From NCBI GenBank assembly GCA_965198115.1, contig OZ240241.1, positions 800,001 to 864,000 on the forward strand: 64,000 bases of DNA. Direction: 5' to 3'. The first letter of the stretch is position 1. Every line of letters begins with the position of its first letter. Source of the DNA: Candidatus Latescibacterota bacterium (GTDB lineage Bacteria; Latescibacterota; UBA2968). Under the pieces are notes generated by a model that saw only the letters and a program-made list of their open reading frames with translations, did not search any database and was not told the origin of the DNA. Of the stretch, positions 1 to 10,290 are shown piece after piece. The translations under genes were made by a program, and so were the position numbers.

Positions 1-46
1 ATATATCGGAGTATCCGATCGAGATTGTTCCGAGGAAGTGAACCCA

Positions 47-117
47 CCCTTCGCCTGCGCTCAGGGCAGGCGCCACACACGGAGAACACAGAGGGCGAGG
101 CCTTGCGGCTTCGCCCT
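47..117. repeat. REP-like motif plus hairpin
   Basis: CCCTTCGCCTGCGCTCAGGGCAGGC (47-71) resembles CCCTTCGACTGGGCTCAGGACAGGC (13095-13119); hairpin AGGGCGAGGCC-ttgc-GGCTTCGCCCT at 92-117. Confidence 0.55.
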
Positions 118-178
118 TTCCATTTTCGGATGGCGACCGTCCCGAACACGAATGTCGTGAAGTGAATTGCGGGCGAGG

Positions 179-1207
179 TTACGTCCCGTAGACCTTTGAC
201 TGGCCTGGAGGAGTGGGCAGTGACAGGATCTTGCCTTTGTCCGCTGCTTCTCGCGCCATCAGGGCGAGGCGGGTGACGTAGGTGGCTTCGTAAGGATCGA
301 TCAGGTGCGTGCCCTCACCCTTCAGTTCCGCGATGAGATCGGCGAGGAGGTTGATGGATTCGGGAAGAGGGAGGTCGCAGGGCTCGCCCTCCCGCAGGAG
401 AGTGGTGCGTGTTCCACCGTCGACGATCTCCAGGACACCTTCACTGCCCGCAATGCGGAGACGATCGTCGCCGTGGGTCGCAGCACCTTCGGGCCGAAGA
501 TAGTCGAGATGGATGACCGCCGTGCCTCCGTTTCCGAACCGGTACAGGATCCCGCCGTGGTCTTCGCAACCGGGATAGTCCGGGTGTGATGCGTTGCCGT
601 GCAGGGCGGTGACGTGCGTGTAGTCCTGGCCAGTAACCCAGCGGACGTAGTCGATGGCGTGGATGGCAACCCACGGGATTGATCCGCCATACGTCTCCCG
701 CTCGCGGAAGAAATCGGGTCGTTTGCCAAATTTGTAGGACTTTTGCCCCGTCGCCAGAATCGGTTCGCCGATCAGGCCGTCGGTGACAGCCTTTCGGGCG
801 GTGAGGAAGGAGGGCCCGAAGCGCATCCCGAACATGGCAGTCAATCGGGCTTTGCTTCTGACGCGCGCTTCTTCCACGCGATTGAGCGCATCGAAGGACG
901 TGGCGACCGGTTTCTCGCTGACGACGTGGATATCCCGATCGAGGGCGGCGACCGTGGCTTCCGCATTCATCGGGTAGGGACGACAGACGGCTACGATGTC
1001 GAGGTCGGCCTAGTCCAGCATGGCGACCCAATCGTCGTAGAAGACCGTGTTATCCGAAAAGGCGGGATGAGCTCGAACTCTCTTGAGATCCTCGCCGGGT
1101 GTGCCCGTGGCAGCGGCTGCGAGGAGGGCGTCGTCGAGTTTTGGGATGCCGTCGAGGACGTAGTTGAGGTGGCCGACCGTTCCGATGACCCCTACGCGAA
1201 AAGACAC
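179..1207 (-). pseudogene. Gfo/Idh/MocA oxidoreductase with one in-frame TAG (1010-1012)
   Basis: GTG start VSFRVGVIG; ...WVAMLD*ADLDIVAVCRPYPMNAE... runs in frame into ORF 179..970 with the HVVSEKP motif. Confidence 0.85.
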
Positions 1208-1220
1208 ACGAGTTTCCTCG

Positions 1221-1577
1221 TTAGAGTGCGTCGTGACGACCGCGAGGTTGGGAGATGATTTCGTGACGCCCCGCGCCGAGTGATTCTGCGATGGCCGTTG
1301 CGATGGCGTGGGCATCGACGGATGTGCCGCAGGTGAAGACGTCGACGGCCGCATAGCCCCGCTCGGGCCAGGTGTGGACCGCGATGTGGCTTTCTGTGAT
1401 GACGACGACACCGGACACGCCGTGGGGGGAGAAAGGATAGAACGAGGAAATCACGACGGTTGCGCCAGCGTCTCTCGCGCTGTCTTCGAGGGTGCGTTCG
1501 AGGAAGGGGGCGTCGTTCAGCCGGTCCTTCGGACAGTCGTAGAGTTCGACGAGTAGATGTTGACCCAGGGCGTCCAA
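1221..1577 (-). CDS. speD: S-adenosylmethionine decarboxylase proenzyme
   Basis: GVSGVVVITESHIAVHTWPE and DVFTCG motifs. Confidence 0.93.
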   Translation of the reverse strand: MDALGQHLLVELYDCPKDRLNDAPFLERTLEDSARDAGATVVISSFYPFSPHGVSGVVVITESHIAVHTWPERGYAAVDVFTCGTSVDAHAIATAIAESLGAGRHEIISQPRGRHDAL

Positions 1578-1585
1578 CGATCGGC

Positions 1586-2353
1586 TCAGAGAAGGGCTGC
1601 GACGAAATCGCGAGCGTCGGCAGCTGCGCGCACGGGAAGATCCCAGTCGGCGTGTTCCAGTTCCACAACGAGGTGTCCATCGTAGCCTGCGCCGTCCAAG
1701 AGCTTGACTAAATCCTGAAACGGCAGGTCGCCTTCTCCGAAGGGAACGGGGGTTGCCCCTTTCTGCTCGCGCAGATGAACCAGGCCTATTCGGTCTGCGA
1801 ATTTCTCGGTGAAGCCCACGACGTCCAAGCCCGCGCTCAGAAGATGGCCGGTGTCGACGAGGATTCGGGCGCGTTCGCCGACGTTGGGTAGGACGGCGCT
1901 GTAGTCGTCGATGTTTTCGAGCCGGTTACCGCGGTGGTTCCCGAGATTGAGGGAAATGTCGGGGACGCGCTCGAGGAGGGTGTTGACGCCCCCGATCAGA
2001 TCTTCCATCGCCTCATCCGTTCGTGCCCCGCCTTTGGTGTTGGCCGATTTCAACCGGAGTGCGCGGGTCAGATGGATATCCCATTCGATCTGGCGCAGGT
2101 TGTAGGGTAGGTTCCGCTCGTCGCTGTCCGCTTTCCGACCGGTGATATTCCGAATGTTCAGACCGGTCAACGTGACGCCGGATGCGTCCAGCTGTTCCCG
2201 TACCATCCGGACGGACCAATCAGGATGGACTGGACTGCTCTGCGTCCACGTTCGGAAGAGCTCGATCTTGTCGAATCCTGCACGGCGCGCGAGGTCCGTC
2301 GCATCGGGCAGCAGCGCGGATGGACAATGGGTGGGGCTGAATACGAGTTCCAT
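1586..2353 (-). CDS. Sugar phosphate isomerase/epimerase (TIM barrel)
   Basis: VDTGH, VHLRE, PFGEGDLPF, YDGHLVVELE motifs. Confidence 0.8.
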   Translation of the reverse strand: MELVFSPTHCPSALLPDATDLARRAGFDKIELFRTWTQSSPVHPDWSVRMVREQLDASGVTLTGLNIRNITGRKADSDERNLPYNLRQIEWDIHLTRALRLKSANTKGGARTDEAMEDLIGGVNTLLERVPDISLNLGNHRGNRLENIDDYSAVLPNVGERARILVDTGHLLSAGLDVVGFTEKFADRIGLVHLREQKGATPVPFGEGDLPFQDLVKLLDGAGYDGHLVVELEHADWDLPVRAAADARDFVAALL

Positions 2354-2396
2354 GAAACCAAACACCTTACCACGAAAAAACCTGAACCACCAAACA

Positions 2397-2541
2397 CACG
2401 AAATACACGAAAACTGGGTGGAGAGCCGGAAGGAAGCAAAGAGCCCAAGGTTGGTTCGAAGGTAGGCCCATCGCCACGCGGACTCTCGTGACTTCGATCT
2501 TAGGTCTGGCAGGCCCGTTCGTGCTTTTCGTGTATTTCGTG
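2397..2541. repeat. 17-bp perfect inverted repeat bounding a MITE/REP-like insert
   Basis: CACGAAATACACGAAAA (2397-2413) and TTTTCGTGTATTTCGTG (2525-2541). Confidence 0.75.
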
Positions 2542-2552
2542 GTGTGTCTGTC

Positions 2553-3293
2553 TTAGTCGATGCCGTCCCAGTATGTCCAGTGATCGTCGGGAAATTCGAA
2601 GAGGATGTCGCTGTTGTCGACGTGGTTGAGGCGTGTGATCGTACAAAAGCGGATTTCCGGCCGACAGTTCTTCGAGGCGGAATGAACCGTGCCTCCGTGC
2701 CAGAGACAGGCGGTTCCGGGAGGGCCGGTGATCTCGACGGGATCGGGCATGTCGTAGACTTCGCGTACGTTCCCGCCCTTCACGCTGAGCATAGCGTGCG
2801 TTTTAAAGTACTCGGCCGATTGGAGATGCGTCCCGGGCCAGACCGTGAATCCCCCACCCCTCGGGTGCTGGTGGCTCAGATACATCGTCACACCGATGAA
2901 GAACCGTCCGACGGTCCCCTCGGGGACGCCATTCGTGGGTGTGTAATAGCCATCCAGATGGCCACCAGGAGCCGTCCATTCGGTCTCACCGGACGGGAAG
3001 TTGAGCTGCGGGCCGAATGACTGGGGACGAGTCAACTTCCCTTTACCGACGAGCGATTCCGCGGCTTCGTAAACGGGTGATTCGAAGAGGGTGGCGAGCA
3101 GCGCCGGATCATCGCCGCACTTGGGCATGGTGGGGCCCGCTCCGACCCACGTGGAAGGGTCGTCACGGTTCGCTTCTATGTGGGGCCAGATGGCCTCGAC
3201 CCCGGCTTCGACCTGCTCGTCGGTCAACGTGTTGTGAAGCACGAGGTAGCCGTTTTCCTTGAAGAAGGTCTTATGTTCACCGATCAGAGACAT
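2553..3293 (-). CDS. Phytanoyl-CoA dioxygenase (PhyH) family protein
   Basis: FKENGYLVL, HLDG, VWPGTH, WHGGTVHS motifs. Confidence 0.85.
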   Translation of the reverse strand: MSLIGEHKTFFKENGYLVLHNTLTDEQVEAGVEAIWPHIEANRDDPSTWVGAGPTMPKCGDDPALLATLFESPVYEAAESLVGKGKLTRPQSFGPQLNFPSGETEWTAPGGHLDGYYTPTNGVPEGTVGRFFIGVTMYLSHQHPRGGGFTVWPGTHLQSAEYFKTHAMLSVKGGNVREVYDMPDPVEITGPPGTACLWHGGTVHSASKNCRPEIRFCTITRLNHVDNSDILFEFPDDHWTYWDGID

Positions 3294-3312
3294 CGCAACC
3301 CCGTCTCAGGGA

Positions 3313-4242
3313 TCATTCCCTTTCGGCCAGCCAGCGCTCGGCGTCGATCGCTGCGGCACAACCGGTGCCTGCCGCCGTTACCGCCTGGCGATAGATGTGA
3401 TCGACGCAATCGCCACAGGCAAAAATGCCATCGACGCTCGTGTAGGTCGTGGGTGATTTCACTTCGATGTAGCCGTTCTCGTCGAGGTCGAGTTTGCCGC
3501 CGAGCCATTTCGTGTTGGGCACGTGCCCGATGGCGACGAACACGCCCTGACAGTCGAAGTCGCGCTTTTCGGAGGATTTCACGTTTTCGAGTTCTACGCC
3601 TGTGACCGTCAGTTGCTCCGGGTCGTAGATGTCGGTAACGACGGTATCCCAGATGAAGTCGATCTTGTCGTTGGCGAAAGCGCGCTCCTGCATGACTTTG
3701 GACGCTCGAAGCTCGTCCCTGCGGTGAACGACGTTCACTTTTGAAGCGAACCGGGTGAGGAATAGGGAATCTTCCATTGCCGTGTCGCCGCCACCGATGA
3801 CGACGAGTTCCTGATCGCGGAAGAAGGCCCCGTCACACGTGGCGCAGGAGCTCAGGCCGTGACCGAGCAGCTTGGATTCAGACTCGAGCCCGAGGTAGCG
3901 GGGGCTGGCGCCGGTCGCGATGATGACGGTCTTCGACTCGACAGTACGGTCCCCGTCGATCGTGAGCTTGAAAGGCTGAGCGCTCGTGTCGATTTCCGTG
4001 ACCAGCCCGTATTCGAGTCGCGTGCCGAACTTCACTGCCTGGGCCCTCATGTCCATCATGAGAACCGGGCCGTCGATCCCTTCGGAGAACCCAGGATAGT
4101 TCTCGACAAGGGTGGTCGTGCCCAACTGGCCGTTCGGCAGGTCGCCCTCGAACACCAGAGGCTCGAGGCCCGCACGCGAGCTGTAAAGCGCAGCCGTGTA
4201 GCCCGCGCAACCTGTTCCCACAACAACGACGTTTTCCACCAT
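3313..4242 (-). CDS. trxB: Thioredoxin-disulfide reductase
   Basis: CATCDG active site, GGGDTAME, YRQAVTAAGTGC. Confidence 0.97.
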   Translation of the reverse strand: MVENVVVVGTGCAGYTAALYSSRAGLEPLVFEGDLPNGQLGTTTLVENYPGFSEGIDGPVLMMDMRAQAVKFGTRLEYGLVTEIDTSAQPFKLTIDGDRTVESKTVIIATGASPRYLGLESESKLLGHGLSSCATCDGAFFRDQELVVIGGGDTAMEDSLFLTRFASKVNVVHRRDELRASKVMQERAFANDKIDFIWDTVVTDIYDPEQLTVTGVELENVKSSEKRDFDCQGVFVAIGHVPNTKWLGGKLDLDENGYIEVKSPTTYTSVDGIFACGDCVDHIYRQAVTAAGTGCAAAIDAERWLAERE

Positions 4243-4468
4243 CCCCTCCGTTACGGTTTATGTCGTTTCAGATCCCCGATAAGGTCGGTTCCAACCCTGC
4301 TTCGAGTCCAACCAGGCACGTTTCGTGCAGCACACGACGTAAGTAGAACAGGCGGGAGATTGCCGTGTTGTCAACCGGATGGTTGAGATGTGGCTTCTGA
4401 AGGGAAAGCGATGAGAGTAAAGAGGAAACTGCAGAAGGTCAGGTTGCCTGAACTCTGAACACTCGCTT

Positions 4469-4843
4469 CTACTCATAAAGTACGATGTCGTCGCCTTCCC
4501 GCTCGACTCGATAGGATCGCACACGAATGTTCGGATCGGTAATGCTCACACCAGTTTTGACGTCGAATTCCCACTGGTGCCACGGGCATTTCAAGATCTC
4601 GTTTTCCCGTTCGTGGGCGTAACCGAATCCTTGCGCGACGACGAGTGGGCGAAGTCGCCCGAGGCAGAGTGGGCCTGTTCTGTGGGGGCAGATGTTACGG
4701 AGTCCGTAGAAGTCGCCGCCTACGTTGAAGATGCCGATTTCCCGCGTCCCAATCTTGATGATCTTGCGATGGCCGGGCTCCAGTTCTTTGGCGCGAGCAA
4801 CGACGTGGCGTTTGGTCTTTCCGTTGCTTCCCTCAGATGCCAT
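4469..4843 (-). CDS. Rieske [2Fe-2S] ferredoxin
   Basis: CPH...CPWHQWEFD motif. Confidence 0.9.
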   Translation of the reverse strand: MASEGSNGKTKRHVVARAKELEPGHRKIIKIGTREIGIFNVGGDFYGLRNICPHRTGPLCLGRLRPLVVAQGFGYAHERENEILKCPWHQWEFDVKTGVSITDPNIRVRSYRVEREGDDIVLYE

Positions 4844-5960
4844 ACATCTCCCGCGCGTTCGTCCCGAAAATTTTGGCGCGAAGATTGTCGTCGAACCCCG
4901 GAAGCAGGCCGGATGGCTCGTCCCAGTCCCAATGAGGATAATCGCTTGCGAATACGAAGACTTCGTCCGCTCGACACCACCTCAGATAGGTTTCCATGTC
5001 CTCGCGAGTTGGCATATCGGGCATCGGCTGCGTACCCAGGCGAATGTTGGTGCGAACATACTCGCTGGGAAGCTTCTTGACCCACGGTGTGTAGTCGCGG
5101 AGCGACTTCCAGTCTTTGTCCATGTGCCAGAGCAGACCGGGTAGCCAGAAGGTGTCCACTTCGATGAACAGGAACATGAATTCAGGGAACTTCTCGAAAA
5201 CACCCTCACAAATCAGGCTCGTCACGTGGGCCATCGCAACCTGGGGACGGGCCATCCGCATTTCGAGATAGTAGGTCGGATAGCCGGCTGCTGTCGGGGA
5301 TGCTGATGTACCAGCGCCTTCGGCACCAAAGTGGCAGGAAACAGGCAGACCGTGGCGTGCACACGCTTCGTAGATTGGGTGGTAATGCCGGTTGCCGAAC
5401 GGCATTCGTGCACCGGCCGGCATCATGACTTGAATGTAGCGGGGATCTGGACCCAGCCGGTCGATCTCCTCGACTGCGAGTTGGGGATCGGCCGGTGAAA
5501 TGTGTATGGAGGCTCTGAGGCGATCGTCGGCTGCAAGCCAGGTTTCAGCAGTCCAATCGTTGAACGCCCGGCAGTATGCGGATGCGTAGTCGGGGTTGTG
5601 GTGAACGGCAGCCGCGTAGGGGCCACCGGTGAGAACGCCCAGGTCGATGTCATACCGATCGAGGTGCTTTTCGACGCAGACATCGATGCGGGTACCTGGG
5701 CTCTCGTCTCCGTCGATTTCGGCCCACAGATCGTGACGTGAACCTTTCCCTGGCATATTGGTGTAGCCCAGGCCCGGCATCATACTTCCAAAGTCCTGGA
5801 TCTGCTCTACGTATTGTCTTGGAAGAAAGGGAAAGAGCTCCTCGGACTTGCCGACGTTGTGGTGCACGTCGCAATCGATAATCTCGGGAACGGTCTTGGT
5901 TTTGGTCGGTACTTTGACCTCGATTTTCTCCACCGGACGCCGGAACGTGGCCACGGACAT
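4833..5960 (-). CDS. Amidohydrolase_2 family protein
   Basis: IIDCDVHH, GVFEKFPE, FASDYPHWD. Confidence 0.88.
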   Translation of the reverse strand: MSVATFRRPVEKIEVKVPTKTKTVPEIIDCDVHHNVGKSEELFPFLPRQYVEQIQDFGSMMPGLGYTNMPGKGSRHDLWAEIDGDESPGTRIDVCVEKHLDRYDIDLGVLTGGPYAAAVHHNPDYASAYCRAFNDWTAETWLAADDRLRASIHISPADPQLAVEEIDRLGPDPRYIQVMMPAGARMPFGNRHYHPIYEACARHGLPVSCHFGAEGAGTSASPTAAGYPTYYLEMRMARPQVAMAHVTSLICEGVFEKFPEFMFLFIEVDTFWLPGLLWHMDKDWKSLRDYTPWVKKLPSEYVRTNIRLGTQPMPDMPTREDMETYLRWCRADEVFVFASDYPHWDWDEPSGLLPGFDDNLRAKIFGTNAREMYGI

Positions 5961-6378
5961 GGGTGCCTCCTTGACCTGCTGAGTGCTAAACAGTGCCGTC
6001 CTGAGAATATGGGGTAGGCTGCACCTAAGTCAAGCGCTATGAGGATCTTGGGGCTGCGCATATATTGCGTGCATACGTCCTCCTGGCCAAAAACGACAAA
6101 CTCAAAGGAGACTGTCATGGCCACCACATCGATCCGATTCGGTGATATCGAGCATCTGACTGATCGAGAGACACAGATCTGGCTTCGCGCGATCGACTCG
6201 AAGGTCCTTGCTGCGGCGATGAAAGGCGCGAGACGACCTGTCCGAGACAAGATTCTCAAGAACGTCTCACAGCGCGTGGCTGTTCTGTTGGAAGATGAGG
6301 GGAAGCGGATAGGGGCCAGCCAGTCGCCCACCGCCCGAGCGCAGGGTGAGGCTCTTCTGATCGGACTGGTCATAAAAA

Positions 6379-7798
6379 GGCTCTATCCGGGTTTCTCAAC
6401 GGTGAAACTATAGAATGACAAGGTCATAGATCGTTCCCTACGCTTGGTTGTGTGTGTAGGACAATCAAAGCGAAGGGGGTGCGACCTATGACCGGGAGCA
6501 GATTACTATCGAAACTGCTGAGATTCAAGGGGTTCCGTGTTGTCAGCTGGTGGTTTGGGGGGAGAAGCTGCTTCGTCATCGCCGTAAAGCCACATAAGAA
6601 TGGTTGTTGTTGTCCGGAGTGCGGCCGTCGAGGTAAAATCGTCCGCACAATGCCCCATCCGCGTCGGTGGCGTGACATTCCGGTGTGCGGGTGGAGGGTC
6701 TGGCTTCTCTACCATCCTCGGGAGATTCGGTGTCCTACCCACGGTCGTGTGGTCGAGGAGATTCCGTGGGCGGAGCGGTTCTCTCGGGTGACGTATCGCT
6801 TCGAGTATGCCATGCTGCGCTACTGCCAGACCATGACGCAGAAGGCGGCGTCCGAGTTACTGCGCATCTCTGCCTCGACGCTGTCGGATCTCCTTCACCG
6901 ATCCATCACGCGGCTTCGTGAAGGTCATCGTATCCGAGGGCTCAAAACCATCGGGATCGACGAGATCTCCTACGCCAAGCGTCACAGGTACGCCACGCTC
7001 GTTTACGATCTGGACCGCTCCTGCGTGGTGTGGGTTGGCCGCGGCAGGGCGCGTAAAACGATCGATCGGTTCTTCACAGAGGCTCTCAGTCCCTACCGGA
7101 GATCCAAGATCGAGTGGGCCTGCTGCGACATGAGCGAAGCTTACATCGGAGCCATCCAGGAACACTGTCCGAATGCCAAGCTGGTCCTCGATCGCTTTCA
7201 CATCGTCAAGGCTCTCAATGCCGCCGTTGACGAGGTCCGTAAGGACCAGTGGCGTAAAGCTGCCCCGGATGAGCGCAAAGCCATGAAGGGCCTCCGATGG
7301 CTCCTCTACCGGCACTCAGCGACACGCTCCAGAGGGGATACTCGGACACTCAAAGCACTGGAGAAGGCGAACTACCGAATCTATAGAGCCTGGAGACTCA
7401 AGGACGAGTTCGAGCAGTTCTGGGAATACAAAGCGCCCTGGGCTGCCGAACGCTTCCTGAAATGCTGGACGACGTCCGCACTCAGAAGTCGACTTGAACC
7501 CCTGCGAAAGTTCGTCAGGACCCTGCGACAGCACTTCTTCGGCGTCCTCGCATTCGTGAACACGCGTCTTACCAACGCCATCGCCGAAGGCCTCAACCGA
7601 ATCGTCCAAATCGTCAAGAACCGAGCCAGCGGATTCCGCACACTCGACGCATTCAACGATATGATCTTCCTTACCGTCGGAGACATAAACATCCCTGAGC
7701 AGATTCCGAAGAGGTTCCGCACACTCTAACCGCGCCCCCATGCCAGGAACCACGGCACCTTCACCCACTTCATCTCGTTGAGAGATCTGGATATAGCC
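6379..7798 (+). mobile_element. ISL3-family insertion sequence, copy 1 (1420 bp)
   Basis: Terminal IRs GGCTCTATCCGGGTTTCTCAACG / CGTTGAGAGATCTGGATATAGCC; near-identical to 57795-59212. Confidence 0.93.
6488..7729 (+). CDS. ISL3 transposase
   Basis: Zn finger CPECG, IGIDE, CDMS, DRFH, TNAIAEGLN. Confidence 0.95.
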   Translation: MTGSRLLSKLLRFKGFRVVSWWFGGRSCFVIAVKPHKNGCCCPECGRRGKIVRTMPHPRRWRDIPVCGWRVWLLYHPREIRCPTHGRVVEEIPWAERFSRVTYRFEYAMLRYCQTMTQKAASELLRISASTLSDLLHRSITRLREGHRIRGLKTIGIDEISYAKRHRYATLVYDLDRSCVVWVGRGRARKTIDRFFTEALSPYRRSKIEWACCDMSEAYIGAIQEHCPNAKLVLDRFHIVKALNAAVDEVRKDQWRKAAPDERKAMKGLRWLLYRHSATRSRGDTRTLKALEKANYRIYRAWRLKDEFEQFWEYKAPWAAERFLKCWTTSALRSRLEPLRKFVRTLRQHFFGVLAFVNTRLTNAIAEGLNRIVQIVKNRASGFRTLDAFNDMIFLTVGDINIPEQIPKRFRTL

Positions 7799-8256
7799 CC
7801 AAAAAGGCTCGATCGTTTGGCCGCCACCGGGTTCAAAACCGAAGAAGCGGAAACTGACGAAGAAGTATCTGAACGAAAAGCAAAAGGCGCTCAGGGGGAC
7901 TGCGTCCCTGGAGACGCTGGAAGATCTGAACAAATGGGTTGCCAGCATGGCAAATGTGGCTCGAGCGGAAGGGATTCTGGAACTGCAGAAGGTCGATTGG
8001 GCGGCGATGGACGAGTTTTCCGCTACCGCGCTCAAGTTGATCGTGGATGGGACCGAGCCCGGGTTGGCGCGCGAGGTGCTGGAGAATCTGGCGGGATCGC
8101 GCCTACGGGAAGAGGAGACTCGATACCGGAAGGTGATCGAAGGGATGATCTCCATTCAGGCGGGTCAGAACCCGAAGTTTATCGAGCACAAGGTTGCTGT
8201 GATCTTCTATTGACGACCTGTGGCTTGACAAGGGTGTTGAAGCAGCAGCGTCTTAC

Positions 8257-9007
8257 TTATCCGACGATGTCGAACTGCCTCGCGACGACCCAGTCGGGTC
8301 TCGGATCGTCGACTTGTTTGGGCTTGTTGTCGATGTCGTTGTAGGCTGCAATGAAGGTGTTTCGCGGGAGCGGCGTTGTGCCCGCTCCCGTGGATCAGGT
8401 TGCAGTCGAAAAACAGGACGTCACCCGGTTCGCCTGTGATGTGGGTGATGTCCTCTTCTCGAATGACGGTTTTCAAGTCGTCCGGAGGGATACACCACTG
8501 TTTGTAGCTGGTGGTGACGGTGTCGGCTTCGTGCTCGATGCGTCCGCCCTTGTGGGACCCCGAGACGACCATGACACAGCCGTTGTTGAGCGTCGCCTCG
8601 TCTATGATGATCATCGCTGACACCAGATTCGGTCCGACCCCGTCCCACATCCAATAGCCGTAGTCCTGGTGCCACAACCAGACCGTACCCTCGAAGGCTT
8701 CCTTCACGTTGAGCTTCGAATGGAAAATGTAGGTATCGTTCCCGATGGCCTGCTTGATCGGCTCCAGAATCTTGGGGTTGCGGATGACCTCGGCGAATGC
8801 CGGGTGATACCGATGGGCGAGGAAGACCTGCCGGACGGCGCCGCCTCGCTCTCGTTCCCGGTGCATTCCGTCTTCTTCGTCCTCCCCGCTTAGCAGAACT
8901 GGAATCCCATCGCGTAGCGACTCGACCTCGGACGTACTCAGAAGACCGCGCGCGAAACGGTATCCGTTCTCACGGAACTCCGCAATTTCTCCCTCGCTCC
9001 ATTTCAT
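8257..9007 (-). CDS. PhyH/ectoine hydroxylase-like dioxygenase, frameshift near 8376
   Basis: WHQDYGYW, GDVLFFDCNLIHGSGHN; C-terminus PRNTFIAAYN...PRPDWVVAR is in another frame. Confidence 0.8.
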
Positions 9008-9151
9008 TTCTGTTTCACCGGGACCTTTCTGCAACGCTCTTCGTCTCTCTGGGTCGATGGTCGATGTGAAAATAACGATTCACTCCGTCCTCCGGATATA
9101 TCGTTTTCTCTCCGTACTGTTCAATCACTGGGCCAACTCTGGAATCGGACA

Positions 9152-10120
9152 TCAGAGGCCGTCCACCCGCGCCAGGGGCCGCTCGCCGCGGTCGACGCGG
9201 TCGATGTTTTCGTAGACGAAACGGCCCCGGCGGGTCCACGTGTCTCGTGTGATGCCCGCGGTGTGGGGGGTGAGAAGGACGTTGGGTAGACGCAGCAGGG
9301 GATTGTCCAGATCGGGGGGTTCCTTCGCGAAGACATCGAGACCTGCGAACGCGATGCTGCCCGACGAAAGGGCGTCCGCAAGTGCTGGCTCCTCGATCAC
9401 CCCGCCGCGACAGGTGTTGATGAGGACCGCGGACGGCTTCATGAGCGAAAGGGCGTGAGCATCGATCGTGTTGCGCGTCGAGTCGTTGATGGGAACGTGC
9501 AGCGTGACGATGTCGGCTTGCTCGAGCAGGGCCTCCCGTTTCACGTAGCTGACCCCGAGGTCCTTCTCGACGGCGGTGTCCACACGCACGGGATCATTGT
9601 AGATCGTGCGCGGCCCGAACGGGCTTAGCCGCTCGGCCACCTGCCTTCCGATATGACCGAGTCCGATGATGCCGACTGTCTTATTGTGAATCGTGTAGGT
9701 GCATTCGCCGGTGGGCATTCTGCTCCAGTCACCGGATCGTACGTCCGCGTCCAGTTCGGTCAGACGTCGGTAAACGCCGAGGATGAGGGCGAGCGTGTGT
9801 TCGGCGACGTCGATCGAGTTCGTACCGCCGTTGTTGGCGACCGGAATCCCGAGAGATGCACAGAGACCGAAGTTGATGTGCTCGAAACCCGCACTGACGA
9901 GATGAAGCAGCTTGACGTTCGCGGCGGCACGAAGGATTTCATCGTCGACGCGGTTCGGTCGAAAGAGGATCAGGTGTTCCGCGTCTCTGACGTGGTCGAT
10001 CTGCTGAGAGACCGGCGTGTCGTGGCGAACCACGACGGTTTCGATGTGGGAGGGCGACTGACCGACGAACTCGTCGGCAAGATCGGGCTCCAGCCCGGTG
10101 ATGAAGACGGCCTTCGACAT
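9152..10120 (-). CDS. D-isomer-specific 2-hydroxyacid dehydrogenase
   Basis: GLGHIG, INTCRGG, LDVFAKEP, TPHTAG. Confidence 0.92.
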   Translation of the reverse strand: MSKAVFITGLEPDLADEFVGQSPSHIETVVVRHDTPVSQQIDHVRDAEHLILFRPNRVDDEILRAAANVKLLHLVSAGFEHINFGLCASLGIPVANNGGTNSIDVAEHTLALILGVYRRLTELDADVRSGDWSRMPTGECTYTIHNKTVGIIGLGHIGRQVAERLSPFGPRTIYNDPVRVDTAVEKDLGVSYVKREALLEQADIVTLHVPINDSTRNTIDAHALSLMKPSAVLINTCRGGVIEEPALADALSSGSIAFAGLDVFAKEPPDLDNPLLRLPNVLLTPHTAGITRDTWTRRGRFVYENIDRVDRGERPLARVDGL

Positions 10121-10290
10121 TCGAGAATCTCCGTGTGGGACGATGTGAGGGGTATACGTAATCGCTGAAGCCGTGATGGGGCAAGACCTTACGCACGGCC
10201 TCGGTTATTGCGTCACGGGTCGGGCGGGCACATGTTGGCCACGTCCAGGACAGTGGGATACCGACCAGGAGTAGCACGGAGGGAGACGGT

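Larger units (their letters stand above)
6117..8213 (+). pseudogene. FliG C-terminal domain / MotA-like fusion protein interrupted by ISL3
   Basis: FGDIEHLTDRETQIWLRAID...KILKNVSQR (FliG-C-like) before the IS; GSIVWPP...ARAEGILEL...LKLIVDGTEP (MotA-like) after it; removing the IS plus 8 bp restores one frame. Confidence 0.7.

Noticed and set aside
1010-1012. Pyrrolysine or genome-wide amber recoding
   Set aside because: TAG terminates normal genes here (sucA, leuA) and no pyl genes are visible
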